DNA of 64,000 nt, taken from Chrysemys picta bellii. Lineage: Eukaryota. Numbering within the stretch: the stretch's first letter is position 1; each line of letters starts with the position of its first letter. The notes under the pieces are model-generated. The model did not search any database, was not told where the DNA came from, and was given only the letters and a program-made list of their open reading frames with translations. The stretch lies in assembly GCF_011386835.1 (NCBI RefSeq), contig NC_088795.1:29140001-29204000 (forward strand), written 5' to 3'. Shown one piece after another: positions 11,801 through 25,262 of the stretch. The position numbers and the translations under genes were made by a program.

Positions 11801-14009
11801 CACCACACTTGGAGTTTCCAGCCCAAGCCATTTCTGAAAGGAGACAAACTATAAAAAACTGAACAGTTTTCAGAGAGCACCTGATTTTTCCAAAGTGTCC
11901 TACTGCTTATAAATTTCTGGTCTGATTCTCCTGGAGTCCTCCAAAATAAATAAATAAATAAAAAAGTTATATTCTGGCACTTAAGAAATTTCACAGAAGT
12001 CTCAGTGTTCAGAATATGCAAAACAACTCTTAACTCAAGCTTTCCTACAATACCCTGACTCTCAGTCCCCTCTATGCAACAGAAATCAAAGTCAAAACGA
12101 ACCCTGACCTTGCCTGATACCAGTAGGGAAGGGAGGGAGAGAGATTGTCACTATTCTTATTCTTGAGAAACACTCATATGATGGAAATCTTTGCCTCTGC
12201 AATAACCTCAGCCAGTTTAATCCATTTTTGGCAAAGTTAGTGTAGGGTGTCAAGAACAATAAGTTGGTCATAATCATTCCTATGGAGCAGTTACTATCCC
12301 TCCATAATACATCATGTACATGGGAACGACTGTACAATATCTATAGTGCCTTTAAAATGCAAGCTCCCTGGGCAAAGACCAACTTTATGTTTGAGCACAG
12401 AGCAGGTGGTAGGTGCTGAATGAATGAGAGGAAAGAGTGACGGCACTTGTGCAAAGTACTCTCAGGAGCAGAGCACTTCTGAATTTTAATTCTGTCGATG
12501 GACACCTTGAGCCTGTTTGGAGTACCAAAATGGAGGACTGGATTTAGATTAACCAAGCTCTTGGCATGTAATTATGCATCAGGTTTTCTTGCTTTGCAGT
12601 GCTGGGCACTAAAGTTCTCAGCCTCTATACTGTCAAGTAGCTATTACATAATTCTGCTGCAGTGAAGGATGCGCACACAGGATCTCACCATATTGGATTT
12701 CTGTGTGTATTTGCAAAATTTTAATTGGCATCATTTTACATATATGCAGCAGCTGAAAACTGTGTAATTGATTCTGATCCACTTTTGCTGTTTTAAATCA
12801 GGGAATCCCCATGGACTTCAGTGGAGTTGCACCAACATAAAGCCAAAGACAATCATTGGCATCAAGCTTGCCAAGCTCTGCATACCCCCATTGACTGGAC
12901 CTTATTATGTTCTTCCTCCTGGATGCTGTTTTCCTTGGTCAGTGACCTGTGGCTCTGATGGTCTGTGCAATGTTCCAAACCAATTAACTGGATTATGAAC
13001 TGCAGCCTAAATCCTGATTCTATTAGTGTCAATGACAAGACACCTATTGGCTTTAACTGGGCCAAGATTTGACTTTGTTGCTGTATTATGCAAAATTAAG
13101 ATCTAACAATCCATGTTCCTTTTGGCTGGGAAAGGGCGCCAAAAAAAGTACCTGCTAAATTCTGCAGCTATTTCTACAACTGTAACACTATCTGAGAGCA
13201 AGTTGCTAGATGCACTTTAGATCCCTTCTATATCTGTCACTTTGGCAGCATTTGAAGCTGATCACGAGAAGGGCCGGGCAACAATCCACACTAGCAAAAA
13301 TAGTTGCGTGAAGAGAAACAAAACGATTGCTTTCCACTTTAAAGGCTTCTGCACCTCAAATCCAACCTTCAACTCCGCTAAACTTCTCCAGAAACCACAC
13401 ACACACAAAAAAGCTAGCAATGCAAGAGGGAAGCAACTTCCATTTTAGCCAGACATACAGCAAGTCATTTGTCTAGCAAAGGCCACTCCCATCAGGGACA
13501 CTGTGCAGAGGATCCTCTTGATGTCATTACTCCATTTAATATGAGATAACTACATTAGGCAATGTGGTGAGAAGCCACTCCACAGACTGTCCCGCCAGGA
13601 AGATCCCCTCCCCCGACACTCCCACTGTCCTGTGAGCAATGAACCAGTTAATGCAGGGATAACAAATGACAAAGATATCACCAGCAGCTCACCCTATAAA
13701 CATGACTAATCCTTCACTAGTTCATTTCATGTTTGTGTTGCAAAGTAATTACTTTGCATCTATCATTTTAGCATTGTAGTTAAATCCAATTATCATTGTG
13801 TAGGCTTTTCACTGTACTCTACTTTTACAAGCTCAGTATTAAAGACCATTAAAAAACTGATTTACATGTGAGCTGTTGCACAATGTGTTTCTTATTCTTG
13901 AATATGAACTGATCTTACTCACTGCCCACAAGCTGCATTTGCACCCTCAGTTGCTCTTGTAGGCCTGTGCCTGTTATCCAAGCCCAGAGTCTATGTACTC
14001 TATTCAAAG

Positions 14010-14281
14010 CAGGGGTTCTCAAACTTCACTGCACTGTGACCCCCTTCTGATAAAGAAAGTTACTACATGACCCCAGGAGGAGGAACCAAAACCTGAGCCT
14101 TGCTGGTCTAGGTGAAGGGGCCAAAGCCCGAGCTCCATCGCCCCGGGCGGGGGGGGGGAGGGGGGTGCAAAGCTGAAGCCCTCGGGCTTTGGCCCCAGGC
14201 AGTGGGGCTTGGGCTTCAGCCCCAGATCCCAGCAAGTCTTAACCATCCCTGGGGTCCTGACCCACAGCTTGAGAGCCATTG
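14010..14281 (+). mobile_element. hAT (Charlie-like) MITE
   Basis: TIRs CAGGGGTTCTCAAACT / AGCTTGAGAGCCATTG. Same family, in opposite orientation, as 27888-28190. Confidence 0.75.
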
Positions 14282-14669
14282 CTATATTGATAAGTATCTC
14301 AGAATACACAGTTGACAACCTAGTAGCTAAAAATAATTTAAAATATTTAAAGGGGGATGGGATCAGGTGAGGTCTTACCAAGTAACTCAGCACTGAAATA
14401 CTTGCATTTAAATAATTCGGGGCACAAGTGTGACCCACATAGGGAATAAAAGGTATAAAGCACCTCATGTCCCTGCACAGCCTATTCATATTGCTATACA
14501 CGGGAGGGAAAACAGCAAGCAGGGATGGGGAGGGAACAGATCTTTGGCTCTGCCAGTGAAGGGACCGGTCAATGCAGCTGAGTCATCATGGAAGAAGTAA
14601 TCTGTGCTAGACATAGGGAGCAGATTACTTCCTTGCCCTCTGGAACAAGGGGGGGAAATCAAGGCCAGT

Positions 14670-14890
14670 AAAGACTTCTATGGCCTCTAGTCTAACTTTC
14701 TGCATAGCACAGTGTGTAGAATTTCACCCACTAATTCTTGCATTAAACACAACAACATGTGGCTAAACTTGAGTTTATCTTTTAGAAAGACATTGGCCTT
14801 GATTAAAGACCCCCAGAAATAGACAATTTACTATATTCCTTGGCAATCTGTTCCAATTACTGTCACCATTAAAAATTTGCATCTCTGATA
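14670..14890 (-). mobile_element. CR1 LINE 3' fragment
   Basis: agaatttcacccactaattcttgc...tatcttttagaaagaca...ccttgattaaagac...ttgttccaatt resembles the antisense CR1 3' region of turtles (recognised from memory). Confidence 0.6.
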
Positions 14891-14984
14891 TCTTTCTGCG
14901 TAGGTACTTCTGTACACCACCATTCAATAGCCTCTTCAACTGCTCTCCAATGAAGTGTATAGATGGAGCTCCACTAGTCTTAGG

Positions 14985-15157
14985 CTATGCCTATACTACA
15001 GCTGGGAGTAAGCCATCTAAAAATGGCAGTGTTGATATTGCAGCTCTGACAGACAAGCCGCACTGCTATTTTAATGCACTAGCTCAAGTCCTGCTAGCGT
15101 GAGTCTGTCGACCAGTGCAGAATGTCTACACTGCCACTGGGAGTGAGCCTAACCCTC
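14985..15157. mobile_element. Degenerate PIF/Harbinger-like MITE
   Basis: tta|ggctatgcctatacta left end resembles the GGCTxxGTCTACACT termini at 23313 and 38245; the right end is weak. Confidence 0.4.
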
Positions 15158-15465
15158 ATTGATTTGTAGTCTAGAAAACATTAATTACCATCTTGTAGTT
15201 TTTAATCTCTCCCATCTGGCAGTCGAAGTGCAAACCAGACAGGTAAATCTTGCTGAGAGAGATGGCCAATTACTCCAGCTCCCTCCACTGTCTCTCTGTT
15301 CTAAGGGAGGAGGTGGCTTATACCCCCTTCTTAACATGCCGTGATGTGGAGGCCCACAAATTCCCTGAGTCCCAAGAACAGCTTTGCAGGATTCCTTCTG
15401 GTTGACAGAAGGAGGAGGAGCCTGGACCCATCCAATTCTTAGGGCTCTGGTTCCACACCCTAGAC

Positions 15466-15776
15466 CAGGGGTTGGCAACCTTTCAGAAGTGGTGTGCTAA
15501 ATCTTCATTTGTTCACTCTAATTTAAGGTTTCGCATGCCAGTAATACATTTTAACATTTTTAGAAGGTCTCTTTCTCTAAGTCTACAATATATAACTAAA
15601 CTATTATTGTATGTAAAGTAAATAAGGTTTTAAAAATGTTTAAGGAGCTTCATTTAAAATTAAATTAAAATGCAGAGTCCCCCGGACCAGTGGCCAGGAC
15701 CTGGGCAGTGTGAGTGCCACTGAAAATCAGCTTGTGTGCCGCCTTCGGCACATGTACCATAGGTTGCCTACCCCTG
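15466..15776. mobile_element. hAT MITE
   Basis: TIRs CAGGGGTTGGCAACCT / AGGTTGCCTACCCCTG. TSD CCCTAGAC / CCCTAGAA (7 of 8 match). Confidence 0.88.
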
Positions 15777-16644
15777 CCCTAGAAAGTTGCATTCTGGATT
15801 TTCTGTGACTGCCAACTGCCACCCCAGGACTACCACTTCTCTCATTGGTTGTTTCCTGTGTCTATGGGGTCTGACTTTGCAGGACAATCTCTGGAACAGA
15901 CAATATAATTCTGGATACTGATCCACAGTCTTAAAGGTCCCACCTGCTGTGACCATTGGGCCTACAGATTCACCTGAATTGTGAGCTTAACTGTAAAAAG
16001 TTCTTAAAGTGTTACAATAACCTATAACAAACATGGGTGGGAAAAGGTACAAAAGGAGACAGACTCACTGAATTAATCTAAACAAAGGTCAAGTTGATAT
16101 GATTCAAGGACTGTGCTGAAATGATGCTTGTTAAAAACAGAAGATGTGTAGCTGGAAGTTAATAAGCCAAAATGGGTATGTCAGCTATTAGGCCTAATTG
16201 GTGGACAAAATGAGGGGATGGGCTATTCTACCCATCACTCCATTTTGGGATCCTTAAAAAGAAATGGAAAACGAGAGAGAAGACACAGAACATACAGGTC
16301 ACTTTCCTTCATGTCTGCCACTGCCACCATTTCCTTACACCCCAAGCCTTCATCATTCTGGTCCAGATGACATCACCAGCCCAACCAATGCCAGCTGAAT
16401 CCCAACCACCACCTAGGACGACAGCTATTACATTCTTTGCTACTGTAAGACGCTGTCAAACAAGGGGGGGGGGGGGGTCCTTCTAAAATTCTCTCCAGCT
16501 ACAGGGAAAGGGAACAAAAAAATTAAAATGAAAACTATTTAATACTTAACATTTCTAATGTTTTAACTGTTTTTCCTTCTTTTCTTTATCTTTAAAGAAG
16601 AGTTTTAAAAAAAAGATTGTTAATGGTGTGTTTTCCCAACCCTG

Positions 16645-16790
16645 TGTCTATCTTGTCTATTTAGAGGAGTGTACATTCTTCATTACAGTGACCATCTACT
16701 ACTCTGTACAGTGCCTAACACAAAGGAGCCCTGATCTTGGTTGGGGTCCATACTTGCAATCAGAATATCAGTAAATATTAATATGCATTT
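16645..16790 (+). mobile_element. L2/MIR-type 3' tail remnant
   Basis: ctgtacagtgcctaacaca...gagccctgatcttggttgggg...aaatattaat; the same motif recurs at about 49480-49570 and 50060-50190. Confidence 0.5.
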
Positions 16791-17339
16791 CAGATATAAG
16801 GAGGATCAGAAATTCTTTGCAGTTATATCTATCGTTAGCAACAAACCAGTTTGTCTGAAGCTAGTACTGCCCAGGCAAAATTCTCTGCAAGCCCTAGGTC
16901 TCCTGTTAATCAGTACTTCTCCATGTGGCCAAATGAAAACATCCTACCTCACATCACGCAATACAATATGCAGTTCAAGCCTAACTATGCAGCTTCAAGG
17001 TGCTCAGATTAAAATTAATTGTTGTGCTAGGCAGTGGTAGAAGCAAAAAAACCTTGCAAAAATGGTCAGCAAGGGTCACCACCTGGGTGTCTACTTCTCT
17101 GAAGGTAGAATGAGGTTGTGACCACAGGCATAAGGAAATTCAGGGAGGCAATGTCAGCTGATGCAACTATACACATAGCTGTATACTTCTCCACTAGTCT
17201 GTGAATTGCTCACAGCCTGCTAGTGCATATGAGTTAAGGTCAGAGGATGAAAAACATTTCCCACAGAAGGCTGTTGGCCTCACTTGTTTCTTATAAGCAG
17301 AGCTAGATATGCACTTCAAGAGTATATTTGAGAGTAAAG

Positions 17340-17406
17340 ACCCTGGCCAAGCTCAGCCTTAGCATTACTGCAAGTAGCGCTCCTAACCAGCTGAGTTACA
17401 CCTGCT
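17340..17406 (-). mobile_element. Degenerate tRNA-derived SINE head
   Basis: Minus strand GGTGTAACTCAGCTGGTTAGGAGCGCTAC resembles a tRNA A-box; no intact B-box or cloverleaf. Confidence 0.35.
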
Positions 17407-18099
17407 AAGACCAGAGCTGGATGTACCTTTTATGTGTAATTCTTGGCTGAAACTTTAAGATCTTGTCTTGCAGTAGGGAGGCACAAGATAAATGTATTGT
17501 CAACAAAAACTCCCAAATGAGCAGAGGACATTCTCAAAATGAGGCATCTTTTTCCAATCACCTCAGGGAAACCAGCCATCTTCTAGGTAAAAACAGATAG
17601 TGGTGGTGCTTCTAGTCAAACTCAGCCCAGTCTGTATGCATGAAGTCTGTGATATGAATGAGGTTGCAATAGTAACAGAGGAGAATATGGCCCCATAGTT
17701 TTATATTTGGTTCTAATCTCATAAATTTCTCTATTAATTCTGTTGAGGTTTCCTGGCTTCCTGTAAAAGACTTACATTAACTTTAGAGAGTCTGTTAGGG
17801 CACTTCTCCACAGACCTTTTCACCCCCTATATTCTTCCAATCTCAGTCCTTGGCATGCAGTTGCACATCAAGCAAGAAGATATATTGCACAGCAGAAGAG
17901 TACTATGCCAGCCATCGGGGAGGCTGCTTAGCACAGCAGGATAACGGAGGCTCCTCACCATTTCAAGCTAGACACTGAACATGTGAAAATGAACCTACTA
18001 CCATCCAAGGCTGTGGTTCAAAACAGTGCCTTGAGAAAAGCAACATGGCTCCCTCCCTCCCTTCAAAGAGAGGGAGACTAATAAGACCATGGAATTTTG

Positions 18100-18210
18100 C
18101 GATCCAGGTATAGGGGTATCTGGGTGAAAATTAATGGCCTGTGACATACAGGTGGTTCAACTGGATGATCTAGTGGTCCCTTCTGGCCTTGAACCCTATG
18201 AAAGTATGGA
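18100..18210 (+). mobile_element. CR1 LINE 3' end
   Basis: ggatgatctagtggtcccttctggccttgaaccctatgaaagtatg, a CR1-type 3' hairpin region plus tail. Confidence 0.7.
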
Positions 18211-20630
18211 AAAGACTTATAGATCATGAAGTCTGTTCCCGGGCTAGTGGTAGATGCAGTCTCTGGAGAGAGGATGCATCAGATAGCCAAAATTAAGCAT
18301 AGTAACATTTTATTAATGGCCAAAGAAAAAAATTCCTAACAGTTGCTGTGCTGACTGTACTGCTGAAGTTTGATATTTAGACTCAAGTATAAATCGCTGT
18401 GCTTGGGGAAATACTTGAGGAATGTTATTTTGTATGGTGGAGCACCAGAGGGCTTCCTACCTGTCCAGCCAACTGGTGCAGCAACGACAGCAGCTACTAG
18501 CATCTTCAGGCGTCTGTTACCCAACACTGGAAATGGCACGTATTAAAGAATCACAATGCACTATTATCTATCTTATTTCTTCTATTGTGAAATTTACACT
18601 GCTTATTAAAACGGGGCCTGATCCCTGAGTCAGAGTGGAGCTTACAGTCATAGTGAAATAAAAACTTCTACTGCTTCTGCAATTTGCACCTTGGTTTATC
18701 ACTTGCTTGTTTACCACAGAGAGGGGAGAGGTGTCTGCTGGTAGTTCATGATCAGTCCAATTATTAGAGGCCTACTAAAGCTGTGGGAAGCCTGGGGGTG
18801 GGGTGGGGAACCTGAACCCACTTGTTGCAACACGTGGGTCTTATTGCCAAATTTAACTGTGCTATTTTTATAGTACTCCACAACCTTACAGCAAATTGAC
18901 AGGCGATTATTGTTAGCCTCGCACTGGTCTCTGGCTTGAAGGACAAATCTCTGCACTGGGGGCAAGGGGTTATTTGTGCTTTGTACCAAAATGTATCAAA
19001 TTAGTTTTAAGATCTTGGATGGAAAGTGCATCAGATTTTTTTAAGTAGCTCAGCTATCATTAATGCCTCTCAGAAATCCACAGAATTTATGGCAAATTCA
19101 AGAAGGATGAGGCTATTTAAAGCCAGAATGCCCTTTAATCCCTGAAGGATAGTGAAAGGCAGGCAAGAAAAGTGTTGGTATGTAGACTCTTTATAAACCC
19201 AGTCTAGGGAAGTTCAAAACAGGGGAGACAGTAACATTCAGATGCCGTGCTCTTCATAACCAATCTCTACCTATGTTTTATGCCTATGTTTAATATATAT
19301 TTGCCAAGTTGTGATTGCTTTTGAGTGTTGCTAGATTCACATTCTAACCTGACCCCCTAAAATGACTTCTTGCTATTACATTGCAGTGTATTTCATTAGG
19401 TAGCTACTCAGCTAGATGTTCATTCCTTTAGATAAATCTGCTGTACTGTTCCCTGGACACTTAGGGCACAGTTCTGAACTTTTAAAAAAGTATTACTCTA
19501 TTGACTTCAGTATCAATCAGCTCTCATTTCATGGATGTAAGCAAGATCAGAATTAGGCCTCTAGAGTTTTTACCATCTGAAGTTCTTATCTCTGGTCTGC
19601 ACATTCTGGAATCATGGATAGGACTCAGTTTGCTCACAAACTGATCTTGCCACGGGTGGAACTCTGGACAGCTGATGTTGCTTCTCTGATCACTTTTAAA
19701 TTTTAACATTGTCTACCAATGCACCCTCTGTTCCCTACATGAACAAAAATCCAACCTTTTCTCTGTAGTTCATTTTATGGTCTGTTCTTATAAGTTTCCT
19801 CCTATTAGACAGTCATTCATAATAAACAAAACTTGCCTCTAATTCTGTGGTGATCATGCCTAAAGGACTCTCAGTTACTAAAAAACTAAAATAATAAGAA
19901 AGCTAAAAACAAAAGCAATGAAGCTTCATGAATCAGAAATGTAGCTACAGTATCAGAAATACCAATAGCTCACCTCCACCTGCAGACATATAATATGGCT
20001 GTAATCAGCAGCTCTGGAATTCTAATCCCAAATCACTTCTACAGGTCCTCTCTTATTTTGTATGTTAGAATTTGCTCGTGGAAAGTTCTCATTGACTTCT
20101 ATGCAAGACACATTCTCAACACAACCACTGCACCATAACACAGAACTGAGACAATGCCAAGCAAAAAACAGAACATAAACCAAAAGGATATGACAAATAT
20201 AAGCCCTGACCCTGTTATAGAGTCCTGAGCCCACAAGACTTCCATCGATTGCAGTGACAATTCTGCATGGATAGTTTTTGCAAAATTGGATCTATAATAC
20301 TCTTTATATGGAGGAGAACAATCCAGTGCCATGGAGGTTATACAATTAGAAGTCATTCTAACACATCAACAAATCAGGTTTTTGCTGTACTCATGCAAAC
20401 TACCTTAAAAAATAACTAGTCGAGAAGCATCTACTTCATGAAGATTTTTTTTATATTACTTGGCTTAATTTTGACAGCAAGTAATTTTATGCATTGAACA
20501 ATTGAATGGCTGATAGAAATAATCACAGCGCTATGTCTCTTGGCAAACCAACAGGATCTCCTCTGATGCTCTTCCACTAAAGTCCCCCAGATACACACAA
20601 GGACACTCTTGATATGGCAATATACATAGA

Positions 20631-21379
20631 TAGGGCCCTACCAAATTCACAGCCATGAAAAACATCATGGACCATGAAATCTGGTCTTGTGTGCGCTTTT
20701 ACCCTATGCTATACAGATTTCATGGGAGAGACCAGCGTTTCTCAAATTGGGGGTCCTGACCCAAAAAGGAGTCACAAGGTTATTTTAGGGGAGGTTGCAG
20801 TATTGCCACCCTTACTTCTGTGCTGCTCTCACAGTTGGGCGGCTGGAGAGCAGCAGCTGTTGGCCAGGCACCCAGCTCTGAAGGCAGTGCCCCACCAGCA
20901 GCAGTTAGAGTGGCAATAGCAGACCAGGTCACCCTTACTTCTGCGCTGCTGCCTTCAGAGCTAGGTGGCTAGAAAGTGGTGGCTGCTGACTGAGGGCCCA
21001 GTTCTGCAGGCAGCAGCGCAGAACTCAGGGTGGTAATACCATACCATGCCATCCTTACGTCTGTGCTGCTGCTGGCAGCGGCTCTGCCTTCAGAGCTGGG
21101 ATCCCAGCAAGCAGTTGCTGCTCTCCAGCTGCCCAGCTCTGAAGGCAAAACTACTGCCAGCAGCCATGCAGAAGTAAGGGTAGCAGTACCTCAACCTCCC
21201 CCCCCCCCACACACAATAATCTTGCAATCCCCCCCCCCACACACACAAAACTCCGTTTTGGGTCAGGAACCCCTACAATCACAACACCATGAAATTTCAG
21301 GTTTAAATAGCTGAAATCATGAGATTTATGATTTTTTAAATCCTATGACTGTGAAACTGGTGAATTTGGTAGGGCCCTA
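20631..21379. mobile_element. hAT MITE with 20-bp TIRs
   Basis: TIRs TAGGGCCCTACCAAATTCAC / GTGAATTTGGTAGGGCCCTA. Perfect 8-bp TSD TACATAGA. Confidence 0.95.
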
Positions 21380-23259
21380 TACATAGATGATGTCGTTTGA
21401 TACATGCGCACATTCATCCAGAACTGCTGCAATTAAAGCTGAGCTACTCACATTAAAGAAAATTCCAGTGATCACATCTGCTAGGATACTATGCCATTGA
21501 GCTGCTGGCGGGGCAGCCCCTTTTTGTCACACATGCACAATACTCTGTCCTGACCTCTCATTAACTCTGCTGACAGGGCTAGGACTAGGAAATACCACCA
21601 TGAAACAAGTTACTTGCTTTTTTTAATATTAAGAATTAACACTTTAATGGAGCATTGGCACATAATATATTGACTTAATTTTTGTTAATTTATTCTTTTC
21701 TATTAAGCAGGACCCCAGGGTAGATGCTGTTGAAAAAAAAAATCAAGTAGCAAAAGGTAGTGCTAAAGGATTCCTGTCAACACACATTCATAACTCCCTA
21801 TGGATTCCTGAAAGAACTAGTTATCGAGGCCAGTTTTGAAGCCTGATTGGGAATGAGTTGTCTGGAGGGTGCTTCTACCACAGACCAGCGATCAGCCTTT
21901 GGATAAACCTTGGCCATAAGTCAAAAAGCATAAAACTGTCTGAAAAAAATATCTGCACCATCAGACTCCAGAAATTTTCTTTTGGATCAGCATCCAAGCC
22001 TGGAGTTTTAAATTTAATTGAAAACTACTTTCACAAAGATCAATAGTACTGCGAACCAAAAGGCTTGCAGTTGTTGTAAAGATGAATAACCCCACTAGTC
22101 ATCTTTCATTATGGTAATTGTCCAGTTACTTTTTAGTATTTATAGGGCACCATAATACAAAAATAAAGGTAACATTCAATTTTATAAAAACCTGAGCTTC
22201 TGCTAACCCTACTGTTTTCCTAACAAGATAAGCAATGTCATTAGACTGGGCTCCCAAACCCTGGATTCCTTTATTGCAAATGGTGCTCACACAGCACTTG
22301 TGGGAGGTTCAACACCTACTGCTCTATTTACAGTGGGAACATCAGTTCCCCACAGCTCAAGGTTCTTACCTTCTGTCCCCCTAGGCACAGGGTGGGTGAA
22401 CAGAGATCTCAGCTCCCTGAGATCTTGGGCTTCTCTAGCCCTTCCTTCCAGCCTTGCCTATTCCCTACCTCTGTTAGCTGTCCTCAGCTGATGATCTGAG
22501 CCACCCTGGTAATTGGTTAACAGTTCACTTTTTAATCAATTATTTCCCTATTCTGGTGCATGTGGAGATGCTTACCCAGTTTCCAGAGTGGTGACAGCCT
22601 GAGAGTAGCTTAAGGCTGGCTCACCACTCTGTCACAGGGAGAAGTTTGATAGAGTCATTTTTGCTTTAGAGCTGATGAGGATTGAACACAGGACATCAAA
22701 TGTTCCTATCTATAAGCATCTAGACCTAAAGTCTACAGAAAGGTCTCTGGTTTCTGTGGCACTCTTATTTAGCAGACTGGAAATTTTGTGGCTGCTTCAT
22801 TTAATTTATTTTCCAAAAGCTGGATTTAAATCAAATATGAAATGAATAATAGAAGAAATACTGATATTAAATTTAATTTCATACCAATTCAGTTCATTCC
22901 ACATGCAAAGGCTGTTCCAAGGAGTGAGTGAAGTTGGAAGGCTTGGCAGTTTGGTCTGAGATATCTGGGTGTTTTGATACTAAAGGATGCAGTTGGGATT
23001 GTAGGTTGACAATCATTGCTGGATATTTCTGCTAAAAATCACTGACAGTTTAATTAGTGTGATTTTAAACTCTAAAACCAAAAGCTGAGAGTGAGAGTCA
23101 TAAGTGGCCTGATTCTTTTTTAAAAAAAGGTGACTAGTACCCACAACTCATTGATTTCAGTTACAGTTGTAGGTGCACAGACCCTCTGAAAAACACTAAC
23201 GGGCATTTAGCATATGCTAAGATTGCAGGGTCAAGACCTAATTGTTCATGTAGGTACAG

Positions 23260-23770
23260 CTAGGAGGCAGCATGGTCTAAGTGGATAAGGCACAGAATTG
23301 TAAGGAGATTTAGGGCTTGTCTACACTTAAAACACTACAGCAGCGCAATTGTGTCACTGTAACGCTTCAGTGAAAACACTACCTATGCAGCTGGGAGGGG
23401 TTCTCCTGTCAGCCTAGGCACTCCACCTCCCTGAGAGGTTGACAGGAAAGTTTCCCTGTTGACCCAGAGTGGCCTACATCAGGAGTTAGGTCTGTTTAAC
23501 TGTGTCACTCAGGGGTATGATTTTTCATGCTCCTGAGCAATGTAGTTATACTTCCCTCGTTTCCTAGTGTAGGTCAGGCCTTAGATTCTATTTTAGACTC
23601 TGTCACAGATACATTGTGTGGTTGGGGCAAGTCACTGCACTTCTGGTTTCCAGTCTTCCCTGTCAGGAATTGGAGATAATAGGAGTCTCATCTTTAGAAA
23701 GCACTTTGATTTCTATGGATGAAACTTACTATTCAAATGCTAAGTGTTATTCTCTGTTTGAGGTGGATCC
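23260..23770 (+). mobile_element. MIR/CORE-type SINE interrupted by a Harbinger MITE
   Basis: gaggcagcatggtctaagtggataaggcac head and gggcaagtcactgcacttct core lie either side of the insertion. Confidence 0.55.
23313..23580. mobile_element. PIF/Harbinger-like MITE
   Basis: TTA 3-bp TSD on both sides; termini GGGCTTGTCTACACT / AGTGTAGGTCAGGCC. Confidence 0.8.
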
Positions 23771-24399
23771 CTGCATGTGGGGAAATTCTTTTATCTAGTA
23801 TAATTAAAGCTCCCAATTCTTCTTCCCACATTAATCTTAGGAGAAGATAGATTTCAGCATCCAGCATGTTCAGTCCCCTTACACCATCCATTAACTTTTC
23901 CTTATTTCATTAGTCAGATATGTGGTCTTTGTATGTATTCTATAATAATTCCTATTGCTTCAGAAACATGCTGGTAAGATAGCAGGTTTTACACATCAGA
24001 CCAGCCTAAGCAAAGGAGGAACATATTTGCATAATGGCTTCTACTCAGTTAAACTTAAAATTTATCCTTCACACAACAATATCAAACTAATTATCATGCT
24101 CCTGAAATTGTTTCAGTAAACAGGCTTAGTCAGGAGCCCTAGTTTAGCATAATGTAAGAGGTCCTGAACATGATTAGTGAAGCATTTATATCTCCAGAGA
24201 TCATCCCTATATTGAAATCCACAACAAATCTCTACTATCCTAGATTTATTTAGACAACTCTTATTTGGGTACAGCAATGTCCCATCTTTCTGCTTTTCTC
24301 TCTCTCCTGGTCATCACATTGCTGTCCTTGCTCTTACCCCGCCTAAGTGCTACAATCCCAAAACTGACTAATATGACTTCTAAAAAAAATAGAGAGAGC

Positions 24400-25262
24400 T
24401 GTCATGGGGTACAGCACTCACCACTGGTCTGGCATTTCCTCCTGGTCACTCTGAAGAGGAACTATTGAGCTCAGTCAACACCAGGGCCGGCTCCAGGCAC
24501 CAGCCTGGCAAGCAGGTTCTTGGGGTGGCCACTCCAGAGGGGGGGGTGATACATCCAGCTATTCGGCAGCAATTCGGCGGATGGTCCCTCACTCCGGCTC
24601 AGAGCGAAGGACCTCCCGCTGAATTGCCGCTGCAGATCATGATCCTGGCTTTTTTTTTTTTTTGGCTACTTGGGGCGGCCAAAACCCTGGAGCTGGCCCT
24701 GGTCAACACCCCCTTATGCAGCTTGCACACTATTATTCCATCTCTCACAGGTCTGCAGCTCCTCTATCAACCCAGGAACCACAGCATCCTCTTTGTGACT
24801 CAGCCCTCCAGCCAGGTCACTCAGCAGAGTCCCTACTCCCTAGCAGTTCTAGGTAATCCTCCCTTCCACTCTCTCAGTGACTGCTACAGGAGTCCTCTAC
24901 TCTGGGTTCCAGTCCAGGGACCCTCAACTCAGCACTTGTGGGCTTTCTTCTCTTAATCCTCACAGCTCTTTCCCTGGACTGTTTCCTACCACACCAGTTC
25001 CCCCTCTCCAGGTGTATCAGCTCCAAAACCCTAATTCCAGGGAACAACTACTACCTGCTTTTCTATAGCCTGGCCTAGCAACCCCTTGCTGGTTACCACT
25101 ACTGGGCTTTATATTGGCCCCCACCTGTTCCTGCCCAGCTGAGCCTACTTCTAATTAGTGGCATGTTCTGCTCCTCCTCCAGGTGCACCCTGTGGAGTTA
25201 ACTGGCCTGCCTGGCCACCTTAACCCCTTTCAGTCCTGAGAGGGGGTAGTCACCCCATAACA
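24400..25262. mobile_element. Solo LTR containing a nested hAT MITE
   Basis: TG...CA termini with inverted ends TGTCATGGGG / CCCCATAACA. Flanks AGAGC / AGGGC (4 of 5 match). Confidence 0.7.
24482..24701. mobile_element. hAT MITE nested in the solo LTR
   Basis: TIRs CAGGGCCGGCTCCAGG / CCTGGAGCTGGCCCTG. Perfect TSD GTCAACAC. Confidence 0.93.

Noticed and set aside
17340-17406. tRNA gene
   Set aside because: A-box-like sequence only; no B-box or complete cloverleaf.
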